NCBI GenBank assembly: GCA_039931165.1
Contig: JBDTSL010000003.1
Location: 10,349-74,348 of the forward strand
Source of the DNA: Candidatus Doudnabacteria bacterium
Lineage (GTDB): Bacteria; Patescibacteriota; Doudnabacteria; UBA920; O2-02-FULL-48-8
DNA: 64,000 nt
Direction of reading: 5' to 3'
Shown here one piece after another: positions 54,804-64,000 of the stretch. The translations under genes and the position numbers were made by a program. The stretch's first letter is position 1, and every line of letters starts with the position of its first letter. The notes below the pieces were generated by a model that worked only from the letters and a program-made list of their open reading frames with translations, was not told the origin of the DNA and ran no database searches.

Positions 54804-55751
54804 ATGACCAATGAAATTGAATTAAAAAATTATTTTCGCGCTCACGGACTTAAACCCAAAGATTATTTGGGACAGAATTTTTTGATTGACGAAGATGTGC
54901 TGAGAGAGATGATCGGGATCGCGGAATTAAAGCCGACCGATGTCGTGCTGGAGGTCGGTCCGGGTTTGGGTGTTTTGACAAAAGAACTCGCGGCCCGGTG
55001 CAGGGAAGTACTAGCGGTGGAAAAAGACAGCAAACTTTTCAAATTGCTTAAAGAAGAACTTATCGCATCTGCGAGCGGCCGATTAGTTGAGGATAAATCT
55101 CAGCGGCCGCGTGGCAGTCTAATCCTGGGTCAGATTGCTTCGTCGCCGCCAGAGATCACTCTTAGAGAAAAAAGCGGCTCCTCGCAAATTCGATTGTTCA
55201 ATGATGATATTTTAAAATTCCATGTTGCTGAAAATATCAAAGGCGAATACAAAGTCGTGGCCAATATCCCATATTATCTGACCTCAAAATTAATTCAGAA
55301 TTTTTTGGAAAATGTTCATCAACCGAAGTTACTCGTGATCATGATCCAGAAAGAAGTAGGGGAGCGGATAGTGGCTGGCCCGGGGAAACTTTCAATGCTC
55401 GGCATCTCCGTGCAGATTTACGCCGATGCGGAAATAGCGGCCCAGGTTCCCAGGCAAAGCTTCTGGCCGGTCCCGGAAGTTGATTCGGTGATCCTTAAAA
55501 TATTACCGCGAAATAAATATTCACAGATCACCGACCATAGATTATTCTTCCGCATCCTGAAAATGGCCTTTGCCGGAAAAAGAAAACAGATCGCCAATAG
55601 TTTAAGCAATGGATTGAATAAACCGAAGGAAGATATTACGAAGATGTTGCGCCTTGCAAGCATCGATCCTACCACAAGACCGCAAGATGTGAAAATAGAA
55701 CAGTGGATAGAGTTGTATAAGGTAGCTCAGATGGTTGTTGACGTAAAATAG
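54804..55751 (+). CDS. rsmA: 16S rRNA (adenine1518/1519-N6)-dimethyltransferase, with a ~45-aa repeat-derived insertion
   Basis: 'GQNFLIDEDVL...VLEVGPGLGVLTKEL' and 'VANIPYYLTS'. Confidence 0.9.
   Translation: MTNEIELKNYFRAHGLKPKDYLGQNFLIDEDVLREMIGIAELKPTDVVLEVGPGLGVLTKELAARCREVLAVEKDSKLFKLLKEELIASASGRLVEDKSQRPRGSLILGQIASSPPEITLREKSGSSQIRLFNDDILKFHVAENIKGEYKVVANIPYYLTSKLIQNFLENVHQPKLLVIMIQKEVGERIVAGPGKLSMLGISVQIYADAEIAAQVPRQSFWPVPEVDSVILKILPRNKYSQITDHRLFFRILKMAFAGKRKQIANSLSNGLNKPKEDITKMLRLASIDPTTRPQDVKIEQWIELYKVAQMVVDVK
55066..55192 (+). repeat. Family-A repeat inserted in frame in rsmA/ksgA (encodes ...GQIASSPPEITLREKSGSSQI...)
   Basis: TCTGCGAGCGGCC...GCGGCCGCGTGGCAGTCTAATCCTGGGTCAGATTGCTTCGTCGCCGCCAGAGATCACTCTTAGAGAAAAAAGCGGCTCCTCGCAAATTCG. 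Confidence 0.7.
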
Positions 55752-55966
55752 CTGTTTTTCTTAAACCAACAGCACATAATCAGGAATCTTTCTTTTGGGA
55801 CTAGACAAGTCTCTTTTTTTGTGCTATAATATATATATAGTCAGTTGAGTATTCGAAACAAAAATACAAAAAATAAACGCTATTAAGGCCATATTTAATC
55901 AAATTTGGCGGCAGGAAGGCAACTTATTTTTTAGGTTGCTTATGGTAAATTTGAGAGGATTGCTAA

Positions 55967-56341
55967 ATGCAAAGAAATAGAAACAAACTGGTGGTTAGTC
56001 TTATTGCTTTAGCTATTTTTTTTATCGGCGTTTTATCTATATCCGCGCGTGAGGCAAAAGCCCAGGCAACCGGCCTGCCATTCGGCGGCCGGCTATTATT
56101 TTTTTCTCCGGTGATTATAACTACCTTTGTTAATTGTCCGGCTTTAGCTCATGTTATTAATTTTGGCCCAGGCCCGAAATATCTGAACCTCCTTCTTCCA
56201 CCATACCAGCCAAGGTTATTTTATAATTACTATACTTCCGGGGTAGCTGTCCTGGGCTCCTACTATCCGACACCGATCCCGTTTAATTGTCCTTTTCAGC
56301 CGATTTTTCCGTCGTTTTATTTTGGAACCAGCGCCAGATAA
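55967..56341 (+). CDS. Small secreted Pro/Tyr-rich protein with two 'NCP' motifs
   Basis: Signal peptide, 'FVNCPALAHV' and 'FNCPFQP'. An RBS GAGAGG lies upstream. Confidence 0.4.
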   Translation: MQRNRNKLVVSLIALAIFFIGVLSISAREAKAQATGLPFGGRLLFFSPVIITTFVNCPALAHVINFGPGPKYLNLLLPPYQPRLFYNYYTSGVAVLGSYYPTPIPFNCPFQPIFPSFYFGTSAR

Positions 56342-56352
56342 TAAATAAAAAA

Positions 56353-57285
56353 ATGTTCAGAAATAAAAAGCAAAATAAAAACCAATACGGGACGTTCAAT
56401 ACCAAGCCGGAAAACAAGAAAAATGTCCGCGTTTTGATGACGGCCTTTGCGGCCGTGATTTTTGTTTTGGGAGTCGGGATTGTTTTGTATAAAAATCATA
56501 ATCAACCAAAAATCCAAAGCGCGGTTGTTGAAACCGCTGCCGAACCGATACCCGGCTGGTGGTACAAGCATTTTTTTAACTCAAGTGTTTGCGATCAGGA
56601 TAGCTGCAAACCCGAATCCGATCCTGATAATGACAAGCTTTCAAATTTGCAGGAATATTATTATGGGACCGAACCTCTAAACCCGCGCACAGTCGGCGAT
56701 AAGCTTTCGGACGGAGAATTAGTATCTCAGGGATTTGATCCTTCTAAAACCGGTCATCAAACTTTTGACGAAACTCTGAACCCGGATAATATTATGGGAG
56801 AGAGCCTGGTTTTTAACACAGACGTAAAACAGATCATCGGAAGCTTGACTGATATCACAAAAGTTAAATTGCCGGAGATTAAAACCCAGGATGTCATTGT
56901 CTCGGGGGATAATTCAAAGCAAGCCGTCGCTGACTATTTAAACAGAGTTAATCTCGCGGCTTTTAAATATTTTAACTTTAATGTCGAGCAGTCCCTTAAA
57001 ACAGCCCAAATAACCGGGAGCAGCGATGAGATTGATAATATAAAATTCAGAGCGGCCCGGTTGCTCATTGATCTAAAAACCATCTCTGTTCCCAAAGACG
57101 CCGTGCAGCTGCACAAATACTACATAGGTTTAATGAGCCTTGTCCCGAGCGTTATTTCTTTGCCGCAAAGCGACCCGGACAATACGGCAAATACTTCTTT
57201 AGCTGACGATATTTGGTACGATAACGCGCAGGCTTATCTGGTGCTGATCCAAAAAATTGCCATAGAAAAACAAAAACTCAAATAG
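56353..57285 (+). CDS. Hypothetical single-pass membrane protein
   Basis: 'MFRNKKQ...' then the TM 'VLMTAFAAVIFVLGVGIVL'. Starts just after the upstream stop. Confidence 0.4.
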   Translation: MFRNKKQNKNQYGTFNTKPENKKNVRVLMTAFAAVIFVLGVGIVLYKNHNQPKIQSAVVETAAEPIPGWWYKHFFNSSVCDQDSCKPESDPDNDKLSNLQEYYYGTEPLNPRTVGDKLSDGELVSQGFDPSKTGHQTFDETLNPDNIMGESLVFNTDVKQIIGSLTDITKVKLPEIKTQDVIVSGDNSKQAVADYLNRVNLAAFKYFNFNVEQSLKTAQITGSSDEIDNIKFRAARLLIDLKTISVPKDAVQLHKYYIGLMSLVPSVISLPQSDPDNTANTSLADDIWYDNAQAYLVLIQKIAIEKQKLK

Positions 57286-57286
57286 C

Positions 57287-58903
57287 ATGAAAAGTTTCCG
57301 CAAAAAATCTTTTGCTTCGGCCGCGCTTGGCGTATTCCTGCTAAGTCAGTTGTTTTTTGTCGCGTCGGTGACGCTCATTCCGAATCCACAGCCTGCCCAG
57401 GCCCAAGCCGCAGCCGCGGCCTTGGCCACTGTCCCTACCGCGGACTTGCCTACGGTTTATGAAAGGATAGCCATAGGGATTGCCAGAGCGTTCCTGCAAA
57501 AATTCACCGAGAAATTCCTGACCAAATTTACGAATCTGCTGGTGAATAAATATAAGATCAGAAATTTTCTTTATTACGATCAGGTTTTAACCGACTATTA
57601 CCTGAATAATTATATATACGACAAAATTCAAGACCCCGATCTGCGGAATATTTATACTTTATTGGAGCGGGCATATGTGAGCGGGGCTTCAACAGGAACT
57701 ACGAATGCCCCTGATCCGAACAAGGCCTTGATCCCGCAGCTAAACAAAGCAGTCAGCGATTATTATAAAAAAATTGGCGGGATTGACCCGAATAAAGTTT
57801 ATTATCCCGCCCGCAATGTCAGTGATAGGGAATACTTTGCCACCGCTCAGGCATATTTTGCCAATCCACCCAGCTTTACCGAACAAAACTTGCGCGGGCA
57901 ATTCGGCGCGTTCCAAACTTCGGCGACCACAGCGGCGCAACTGGAAATTATCGTAGGCAATAGCCTGAAAGCCGGCCGCATCATCGGCGGCACCTGCGAT
58001 TTTTCTGGCCCTATTCCAGCCGGCCAGGTCGACCCGAAAACTTCGCCGGCGGCCTGTCAGTCATTGGGAGGAAGTTGGACGCCTTCACTTTTGGATAAAG
58101 CCCGTTCTTTCATAGACAACCCTTCTGGTTTCGTCCAAAATACCTTAGATGCTTTTATCAGCCAGCACATCGGCAATCTTTATAATCCGAGCACCGATTT
58201 TTGGACCCAAGTCGGCGGGGCATTCGGCTCCTTCATTTGGAATCAGCTCGGACTGAATAAGTCCTCCCAGGATATATTAATCGAAGACCCGAGGGGTTAT
58301 GTGGGCGAGGACTTTGGCGCAGCAACTCAAACAGACAATACATTGTCGCTGGAGAAAGGCCAGATTGATATAGACACAGATGGCATCTCGGACGGAGTTG
58401 ACTACGACGGTGACGGCAGAATTGATATTTGTTCTTACGGCGGCAATCCTCCGGATGCTTGCGTGGGATCCAGAACGCTCATTACTGCCGGATCGGGGGG
58501 CGGAGGGTTGACTTGCACCGATGTTCCTACTGCCATGGCATGTCAAGCGCCAAACCACACTGATTTAGTGGCTCGGGTAAAAACTTACCTTGTTTCGCGA
58601 GGCCAGCAATTTAATACCTTGTGCGACGCTTTCGAAATTGTGAAGCGCGTGGCTTGGGCTCTGCGAGGGGAGGGCGCGGGATTAATGACCACCTTCCACT
58701 CAACCCAATGTAATGGGCTTTCGGCTGATATTGTCGCTTATACTGACGGTTCGGGCGTTGATGTGCTTGGTAGCGCCGGACCACCGCCATCAGATGGAAG
58801 CGCGTATGATATTCCGGTATGGCTGCCCGGTCCTGATAACCCGGAAGCCGGAGTTGATTATGCCCCGCCCGCCGATCCGGGCGATCCGCCGGGAAGTTAT
58901 TAG
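57287..58903 (+). CDS. Large secreted protein with Asp/Gly-rich (calcium-binding-like) segment
   Basis: Signal peptide and 'DTDGISDGVDYDGDGRIDICSYGG'. Contains multiple Cys. Confidence 0.45.
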   Translation: MKSFRKKSFASAALGVFLLSQLFFVASVTLIPNPQPAQAQAAAAALATVPTADLPTVYERIAIGIARAFLQKFTEKFLTKFTNLLVNKYKIRNFLYYDQVLTDYYLNNYIYDKIQDPDLRNIYTLLERAYVSGASTGTTNAPDPNKALIPQLNKAVSDYYKKIGGIDPNKVYYPARNVSDREYFATAQAYFANPPSFTEQNLRGQFGAFQTSATTAAQLEIIVGNSLKAGRIIGGTCDFSGPIPAGQVDPKTSPAACQSLGGSWTPSLLDKARSFIDNPSGFVQNTLDAFISQHIGNLYNPSTDFWTQVGGAFGSFIWNQLGLNKSSQDILIEDPRGYVGEDFGAATQTDNTLSLEKGQIDIDTDGISDGVDYDGDGRIDICSYGGNPPDACVGSRTLITAGSGGGGLTCTDVPTAMACQAPNHTDLVARVKTYLVSRGQQFNTLCDAFEIVKRVAWALRGEGAGLMTTFHSTQCNGLSADIVAYTDGSGVDVLGSAGPPPSDGSAYDIPVWLPGPDNPEAGVDYAPPADPGDPPGSY

Positions 58904-58913
58904 GAATATTTAA

Positions 58914-61490
58914 ATGGGAAACCTAAAGCACAAAGCAATAGTTATAGCGATGCTCGCGATCACGGCAAATATTTTATTTGCCAATTTTGCTTTGGGGCAG
59001 GCACCGGCTACAAGTACTCCCGCTACCACATCAACGATAACAAAACAAATGCTGCTTGATGCTTTGCAGAGCCAATCAGCCTGTGCTTCCTTGAGCACAG
59101 CTATATCCAATTTGACTCCGGCAAGAGGAATTGGAAGTTATATTACTTTTTGGGATCCTTCTGCAGCGCAGAAATGCAGTTTTCAACGTATATATCGTTT
59201 TCGAGCTGATGGCAGTCCAGATACACGCTCCGATGCTTCTACTGTTGCTGCATGGGAAGCTTATATGAAGCAAGATGAATCTCTTATAAACAGTTTTGTT
59301 ACAACGACTCAAAAAAATGATGCAACAGTAGCAAAACTTAATGCTCAAGAAACCCAAGCCAATCCTTTAAGCATCTTTATTGCTTGGGTGCTTATCCCTA
59401 TCTTTGGCGTCGTGAACGCGTTTTTAGCCGGTATTGCAGTTATGGCTGGGGCAATTTTTAACCAAGCAATTATTCCAGTTATCAGTATAACTACGATGCC
59501 GACGATTGTTAATACCGGTTGGATGATAGTGCGTGATGTCTGTAATATGTTTTTTATTCTGGCTTTGATCGTGATTGCTTTAGGAATGATTTTAAGATTA
59601 AAAGAATACCAAGAATACGGGACTCTTTTGCGGAACCTGATTATAGCAGCGATTTTGGTAAACTTTAGCCAAGTCATAGCGGTAACTATAATGAATGCGG
59701 TTAATTTTTTGGCTTCGGTATTCTGGGGTGATGGTACAGGAATAGTTCATGTTTTTGCGACTTTTATGCGAATTGCCAACCCTGTTGGTGATTTTAGCCT
59801 TACTATACAGGGAGGAGCTCCTGCGGAGCTGGCTTTAGGCTTGGGTAGACTTACTTTTATGTTAGTGGCTACTGTGGTCTTCATTGCTTTGGCTGGCATG
59901 TTTGTAATTCGTCTTGTAGGATTATATGTCTTGATTATTTTTTCGCCTGTTGCTTTTGTCGCAAATATATTGCCTGTTTCGAAGAAATTTGCAGAACAGT
60001 GGTGGAGCAGTTTTTTTAAATATTTGATCTGGGCGCCAGTGGCATTATTTATGCTTAGATTAGTTATACTTGTGGTAGATAATGATTCTCAATTTAATTT
60101 TATAGGCGGCGGGGGCCATGATTCTGTTTTCATTTATTTTATTCTGACAGCTTTTATTGGCGCCGCGCTTTTGTTGGCCCAGAAGGCGGGGATGGTGGGG
60201 AGCGACATGGTGGTTAATGCGGCCAAAGCAACCGGGAAATTTGGTTTGCATGCCGCTGACCGTAAATTGGCCTCATGGTCAGATTCTTCAAGTAGAGTTA
60301 AGAAGGGATTGTCCTATTTAAGCTTTGGGGCTGCGAAAAAAGGTTATGAACTGCGTCAGCACCACAAAGAAGAAGAATCCTATACTGTTGCCGCGGGTAA
60401 AAGAGCAAATACTTTTGCTGCTGTTATGAGTGGAGGTAGAGAAAAAGGCGACTTCGAAAGATTAGCCCGATACCAGAGAGTAGCGCAGGAAAAAAAGCGG
60501 TTTGAAAATATCACAGATAAAGACGAATTAACGGCAATCGCAACTCATGCTTATGAAAATAAGGAATACGATAAGTTTATGGGCGCTTGGTCCAAACTTG
60601 CGGCTCAGGGCGATATGAATGAAGTTGCTTTAGCAATGGTGGACAAGGAAGCCAGTGCCGAGAACGTGCAAAAAATTGTTCAAAAAATGGTAGATGAGAC
60701 CGGAAATAAAGAATGGTCCCGATTAGCGGCGGATACTACTAAAATAGCGGAAGGCCAAGGAGATTATATTTTTGCCGGAGCATTTGAGCGGGACGGAAAG
60801 ACAGGAGATTACGGTGCGAGAGGTGAAGACGAAAGAAGAAATTATGTGAATACCCAGAGAGCAAAGAACAGCGACCAATCGAATGTCAGAAATTTGGGCA
60901 GGCGAGGATTAGGGTTTATAGAAGCAAATGGAATCAATCCTAATACTGCCAAATCAGTGTGGTATGTTAAAAAGATCGAGGCCGACGGGACAGATTATGC
61001 GAGCCGATTGAAGGACATCAGCGGATGGAGAAATAACGGCAATAAAAATGCCAAAGCTAATGTGGCTATAAGTGGTTCTAAAGAATGGCTTGAAGCAAAT
61101 CCGGAAGCTTGGGCAGCTGCAGCTAGCGAATATGCGGAGCTTGACAAGGATAAAAGTACCGCAGGCCGAGAGCGTCTAGTTGAATTTAGAAAATCAGTTG
61201 CTGCTCCAAATATAGAAGAAAATTATAATACCCCTAGCACGGTAAGCCCTGCACAGGCAAAAATATTCTTTGAAAGTAAAGAAATAGGACGGCAAATTAA
61301 GGCCAAGATTGAAAGTGGCGATCAGAAAGATAAAGAAGCTACTCGGAAAGACTATGGTGTTTTGTATGACTATGCTTATGGGTCTTCTCCAACTCGCACA
61401 CCATCAACTACACCGTTTTCGACCCCGACCCCAACGATTTCTCCAAGTGGAGGCATAAGACCCCCAACTAGCTCTCCTCCTATAATGTAA
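58914..61490 (+). CDS. TrbL/VirB6-like polytopic membrane protein with a long hydrophilic C-terminal extension
   Basis: Signal peptide and an N-terminal soluble region, then a block of ~7 TM helices (about residues 150-400), then a ~450-aa charged tail ending in a Pro/Ser/Thr-rich segment. This layout is that of VirB6/TrbL. Confidence 0.45.
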   Translation: MGNLKHKAIVIAMLAITANILFANFALGQAPATSTPATTSTITKQMLLDALQSQSACASLSTAISNLTPARGIGSYITFWDPSAAQKCSFQRIYRFRADGSPDTRSDASTVAAWEAYMKQDESLINSFVTTTQKNDATVAKLNAQETQANPLSIFIAWVLIPIFGVVNAFLAGIAVMAGAIFNQAIIPVISITTMPTIVNTGWMIVRDVCNMFFILALIVIALGMILRLKEYQEYGTLLRNLIIAAILVNFSQVIAVTIMNAVNFLASVFWGDGTGIVHVFATFMRIANPVGDFSLTIQGGAPAELALGLGRLTFMLVATVVFIALAGMFVIRLVGLYVLIIFSPVAFVANILPVSKKFAEQWWSSFFKYLIWAPVALFMLRLVILVVDNDSQFNFIGGGGHDSVFIYFILTAFIGAALLLAQKAGMVGSDMVVNAAKATGKFGLHAADRKLASWSDSSSRVKKGLSYLSFGAAKKGYELRQHHKEEESYTVAAGKRANTFAAVMSGGREKGDFERLARYQRVAQEKKRFENITDKDELTAIATHAYENKEYDKFMGAWSKLAAQGDMNEVALAMVDKEASAENVQKIVQKMVDETGNKEWSRLAADTTKIAEGQGDYIFAGAFERDGKTGDYGARGEDERRNYVNTQRAKNSDQSNVRNLGRRGLGFIEANGINPNTAKSVWYVKKIEADGTDYASRLKDISGWRNNGNKNAKANVAISGSKEWLEANPEAWAAAASEYAELDKDKSTAGRERLVEFRKSVAAPNIEENYNTPSTVSPAQAKIFFESKEIGRQIKAKIESGDQKDKEATRKDYGVLYDYAYGSSPTRTPSTTPFSTPTPTISPSGGIRPPTSSPPIM

Positions 61491-61506
61491 CAATAAGTAT
61501 AGAGCT

Positions 61507-63150
61507 ATGAATAATAAATTTACACTAAATAAAACTGAGTTCAATGGCGATTTGGCCGATCCTAAAATCTTTGCTGAGATCGTTTTTCTTACTGATTTAG
61601 TTAAAGACAGTGAGTCAAAAGGGGATACATATAAAGTATTGCAAGAATTGGATCACTTGCTGAAAAAAAATACAGCCCAGCTCGGAGAATTGAAGCAAGG
61701 CTATGATAATTTGCTACTAGACCTGCGATTGACTTGTTTCCAACTGCTATCGGATGACGAAAAAGAGGTTATTTTGAAAAGCAAAATGTCTGTAGCTTAT
61801 AAAAATAACATTGATTTGACACGTTCCATCGCTTTAATGTTTATCCCGTATTTTACTCAGGATGATTTTGTAAAGTTAAACAGAATTACTCGATATTTGG
61901 AGGAAAATGACGAACTGATCGGGACGAATAATATTACAACATCGGATGGAAAGACAGTTGGTCCCTTAGTATCAAACTGGATTAAAGATTATAAATCAAA
62001 AGCTATAGAAGATAAAGGGACACTTAACATAGTTTCTTATTTTACCCAAAGCCCGAACTCCAAGGGATTAACCAAAGGACAACTCGATTTCCTAAAATAT
62101 ATATTGGATTTTTATGACTGGTTGAGATTCAAGGCTAGTAATACGTCGCTTATTCCTGAAGAAGAACCCGTAGCGCCGAGACCTTCTGCACCGCTGAGAA
62201 ATGTCACGCCAAACAGGACTACTATACCAGCCGTTTCTTCATCACCAGTTAGACCTCCGCAGCAGGCACAAGCAAAACCCGCCGCGCCTAGAGCTCTGCC
62301 AACCGAGTTTGAGAAGAAGCTGGCTCAAGTTTCGGCTCCTCCTCAAAGGCTCAACCCTGCTCCAAAGCCAGTTTTTCAGGAAGTTAAACCCGCCGCTCCA
62401 AAGCCACCGGCTACCGAATTTGAGAAAAAACTGGCCCAAGTTTCGGCTCCGTCTTCCCACGGCCAGGATTTGGAGATTATCCGCAAGCAAATGGAAAGTT
62501 CCAACCCGCCGGTTTCCGGCGTGCCTCGGTCGCTTACAAGGGGAGAAGGGCGAATTGAAAGCGCCAATTTGACGCCGGAAGAGATCAAGCGGGAAATCAA
62601 CACGCCGGAATTGCCACAATATAAAGAACCGGTGCGGCCTGTTGTTAAGCCAGTCTTGCCGCCAATTGTTGTGGCGCCGAAACCCGTGATATATAAACCT
62701 GTGGCGCCCAAGGCGGTTTCCGCGCCCGCACAAGTGGCGCCAATCCATAAAGAGATTGCTTCGTCGCCTCCAAAATTAACCCAAAGAACCGAGGCTCCTC
62801 GCAAAGACGGGTTAACTTCTTTAGATAAAATCAGCATTGTCGATGATTTAAAAAAGGTTGACCTGGAACTTTTCAGGCAAGCTCCGGTACAAAAACAGAT
62901 AGCGGATATAAAATACCAGGTATCAAGATTAGCTGCGGCCAATAAGCTTTTGCCTTACTATACGGTCAGCGCTTTTGAACAAAGCCCGCTATTCCAGGCC
63001 TACCTGCGGGTTGGTTTGGCGATAATCGAAGACAGCGCCACGGACCGGGCGGTGGCATTCAGAAACGCGGCCAACAAGGTAGGCAGCAATCTGACTTTGC
63101 AGGAGTTTGAAGCAATCGCGGATCTGCGGAAAGAAATAGAGCGGTTATAG
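61507..63150 (+). CDS. Hypothetical protein with Pro-rich tandem repeats (LPTEFEKKLAQVSAP, two copies)
   Basis: 547 aa. DNA direct repeat at 62298-62348 and 62410-62460. Also carries the family-A in-frame insert. Confidence 0.5.
   Translation: MNNKFTLNKTEFNGDLADPKIFAEIVFLTDLVKDSESKGDTYKVLQELDHLLKKNTAQLGELKQGYDNLLLDLRLTCFQLLSDDEKEVILKSKMSVAYKNNIDLTRSIALMFIPYFTQDDFVKLNRITRYLEENDELIGTNNITTSDGKTVGPLVSNWIKDYKSKAIEDKGTLNIVSYFTQSPNSKGLTKGQLDFLKYILDFYDWLRFKASNTSLIPEEEPVAPRPSAPLRNVTPNRTTIPAVSSSPVRPPQQAQAKPAAPRALPTEFEKKLAQVSAPPQRLNPAPKPVFQEVKPAAPKPPATEFEKKLAQVSAPSSHGQDLEIIRKQMESSNPPVSGVPRSLTRGEGRIESANLTPEEIKREINTPELPQYKEPVRPVVKPVLPPIVVAPKPVIYKPVAPKAVSAPAQVAPIHKEIASSPPKLTQRTEAPRKDGLTSLDKISIVDDLKKVDLELFRQAPVQKQIADIKYQVSRLAAANKLLPYYTVSAFEQSPLFQAYLRVGLAIIEDSATDRAVAFRNAANKVGSNLTLQEFEAIADLRKEIERL
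62752..62808 (+). repeat. Family-A repeat inserted in frame in the hypothetical gene 61507-63150 (encodes EIASSPPKLTQRTEAPRKD)
   Basis: GAGATTGCTTCGTCGCCTCCAAAATTAACCCAAAGAACCGAGGCTCCTCGCAAAGAC. Confidence 0.7.
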
Positions 63151-63151
63151 A

Positions 63152-63196
63152 GAGGTTGTAGGTTGTAGGTTGTAGGTGGTAGGTTATAGGTTGTAG
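63152..63196. repeat. Family-B heptamer repeat (AGGTTGT)n, intergenic
   Basis: GAGGTTGTAGGTTGTAGGTTGTAGGTGGTAGGTTATAGGTTGTAG. Confidence 0.7.
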
Positions 63197-63282
63197 AATA
63201 AAAGGACCAGATGGTTCTTTTTTGATATAATGGATATCCACCCCAGACTTGATCTGGGGTCCATTTCAATTATTAATATCAA

Positions 63283-63567
63283 ATGGTTTTTTGTGTTTAT
63301 ATTATGGCTAGCAAAAGGAGAGGGACTTTATATATTGGTATGACCTCAGATTTGCCCAAAAGAGTTTACGAGCATAAAGATGATTTAGTTGAAGGATTTA
63401 CGAAAAAGTACGGTTGTCATACCTTGGTTTATTTTGAACCTATTGAAGATTTTGATTCGGCACTCAAAAGAGAAAAACAAACGAAAGCCTGGAATCGAAA
63501 CTGGAAAATAGAATTGATCGAGAAAACCAATCCGGCGTGGGAAGACCTGTCAGGTAAATTAATGTAG
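63283..63567 (+). CDS. GIY-YIG nuclease-domain protein
   Basis: 'VYIMASKRRGTLYIGMTSDLPKRVYEH'. Confidence 0.85.
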   Translation: MVFCVYIMASKRRGTLYIGMTSDLPKRVYEHKDDLVEGFTKKYGCHTLVYFEPIEDFDSALKREKQTKAWNRNWKIELIEKTNPAWEDLSGKLM

Positions 63568-63634
63568 CGGATCCCAGCTTTCGCTGGGATGGGAACCCTT
63601 GATAAGCTTTCGAGAGTTACGGAAAGTTTAAACT

Positions 63635-64000
63635 ATGTACAAAGTAGTTATTGATACCAATCTTCTGATTGACGGTGCTTCTGATTTTTATAATTTCGGG
63701 AATCGGATCATTGATCTGGTGATTGGCGGACAGATTGAGGCTTATGCCAATGCCGGCACCCTGAGGGAAAATAAGTTTTTGGCCCATAAGAAAATTGAAG
63801 ACGAAGGTTATCTCAAGAAACTGGAATATTTTTTCGATGTCGTCCAAAAAGTTGAAGCAGGCGACAGACTGGATGTCGTGGAGGACAGCGAAGACAACAA
63901 AATTTTGGAATCAGCCGTTGCCGCCGGCGCGGATTATCTGATCACGTCGGACCATCATCTGCTGAAATTGGAAAAATTTCGAGGGATCCGCATGGTCCGT
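63635..64000 (+). CDS. PIN-domain (VapC-like, TIGR00305-type) protein, 3' end lies outside the window
   Basis: 'MYKVVIDTNLLIDG' and 'DNKILESAVAAGADYLITSDHHLL'. Open to the window end. Confidence 0.65.
   Translation, partial: MYKVVIDTNLLIDGASDFYNFGNRIIDLVIGGQIEAYANAGTLRENKFLAHKKIEDEGYLKKLEYFFDVVQKVEAGDRLDVVEDSEDNKILESAVAAGADYLITSDHHLLKLEKFRGIRMVR

Overview
This 64-kb window is a mid-GC bacterial chromosomal segment with strong local GC heterogeneity. Patches near 3.0-4.4, 12.9-13.4, 15.1-17.1 and 39.3-39.9 kb are GC-rich, and 4.4-11 kb is AT-rich. Its style (small tightly packed genes, many uncharacterised membrane and secreted proteins, an intron-containing tRNA) suggests an uncultivated small-genome lineage, possibly CPR/Patescibacteria-like. 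That lineage call is an inference only.

Housekeeping genes: rpoD (3' part), pyrD, msrB, dinB, infC-rpmI-rplT, smpB plus an unlisted tmRNA (ssrA, 42549-42932, minus strand), argS, ileS, recO, pcrA/uvrD and rsmA/ksgA.

Accessory content and main findings:
1. A repeated ~95-bp promoter/operator module is present in three copies: at the 5' end of a TrmB-family regulator gene and upstream of two paralogous DUF1399/GRDP-like genes. It carries a TACT-N3/5-AGTA palindrome and a TGTCA-N5-TGACA palindrome.
2. A GC-rich cassette at 3.1-4.4 kb encodes a DUF1399-like protein, an Fe(II)/2OG dioxygenase and an unlisted 27-aa Cys-rich peptide with a strong RBS and terminator.
3. A translationally coupled AT-rich operon at 4.5-12.7 kb encodes a methyltransferase, an MIO ammonia-lyase/aminomutase, an E1/ThiF-like enzyme, a PaaK-like ligase, a tandem nitroreductase, a second methyltransferase and a sensor kinase. 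It looks like an undescribed biosynthetic cluster.
4. A 1.5-kb cassette insertion is flanked by a ~105/140-bp duplication of the kinase gene 3' end.
5. A tRNA-Asn(GUU) gene is split by a 570-nt group I intron that carries an HNH homing-endonuclease ORF. Downstream lie tandem duplicates of the tRNA 3' end plus terminator (att-like scars) and a GC-rich islet.
6. A dispersed ~60-120-bp palindromic repeat family is inserted in frame in ileS, rsmA and a hypothetical gene, each time encoding 'EIASSPP...APRKD', as well as intergenically. This is analogous to Rickettsia palindromic elements.
7. A heptamer (AGGTTRT)n repeat family includes one in-frame copy in argS.
8. A cluster of secreted and membrane proteins includes a TrbL/VirB6-like protein.

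No CRISPR array, rRNA or transposase was seen.
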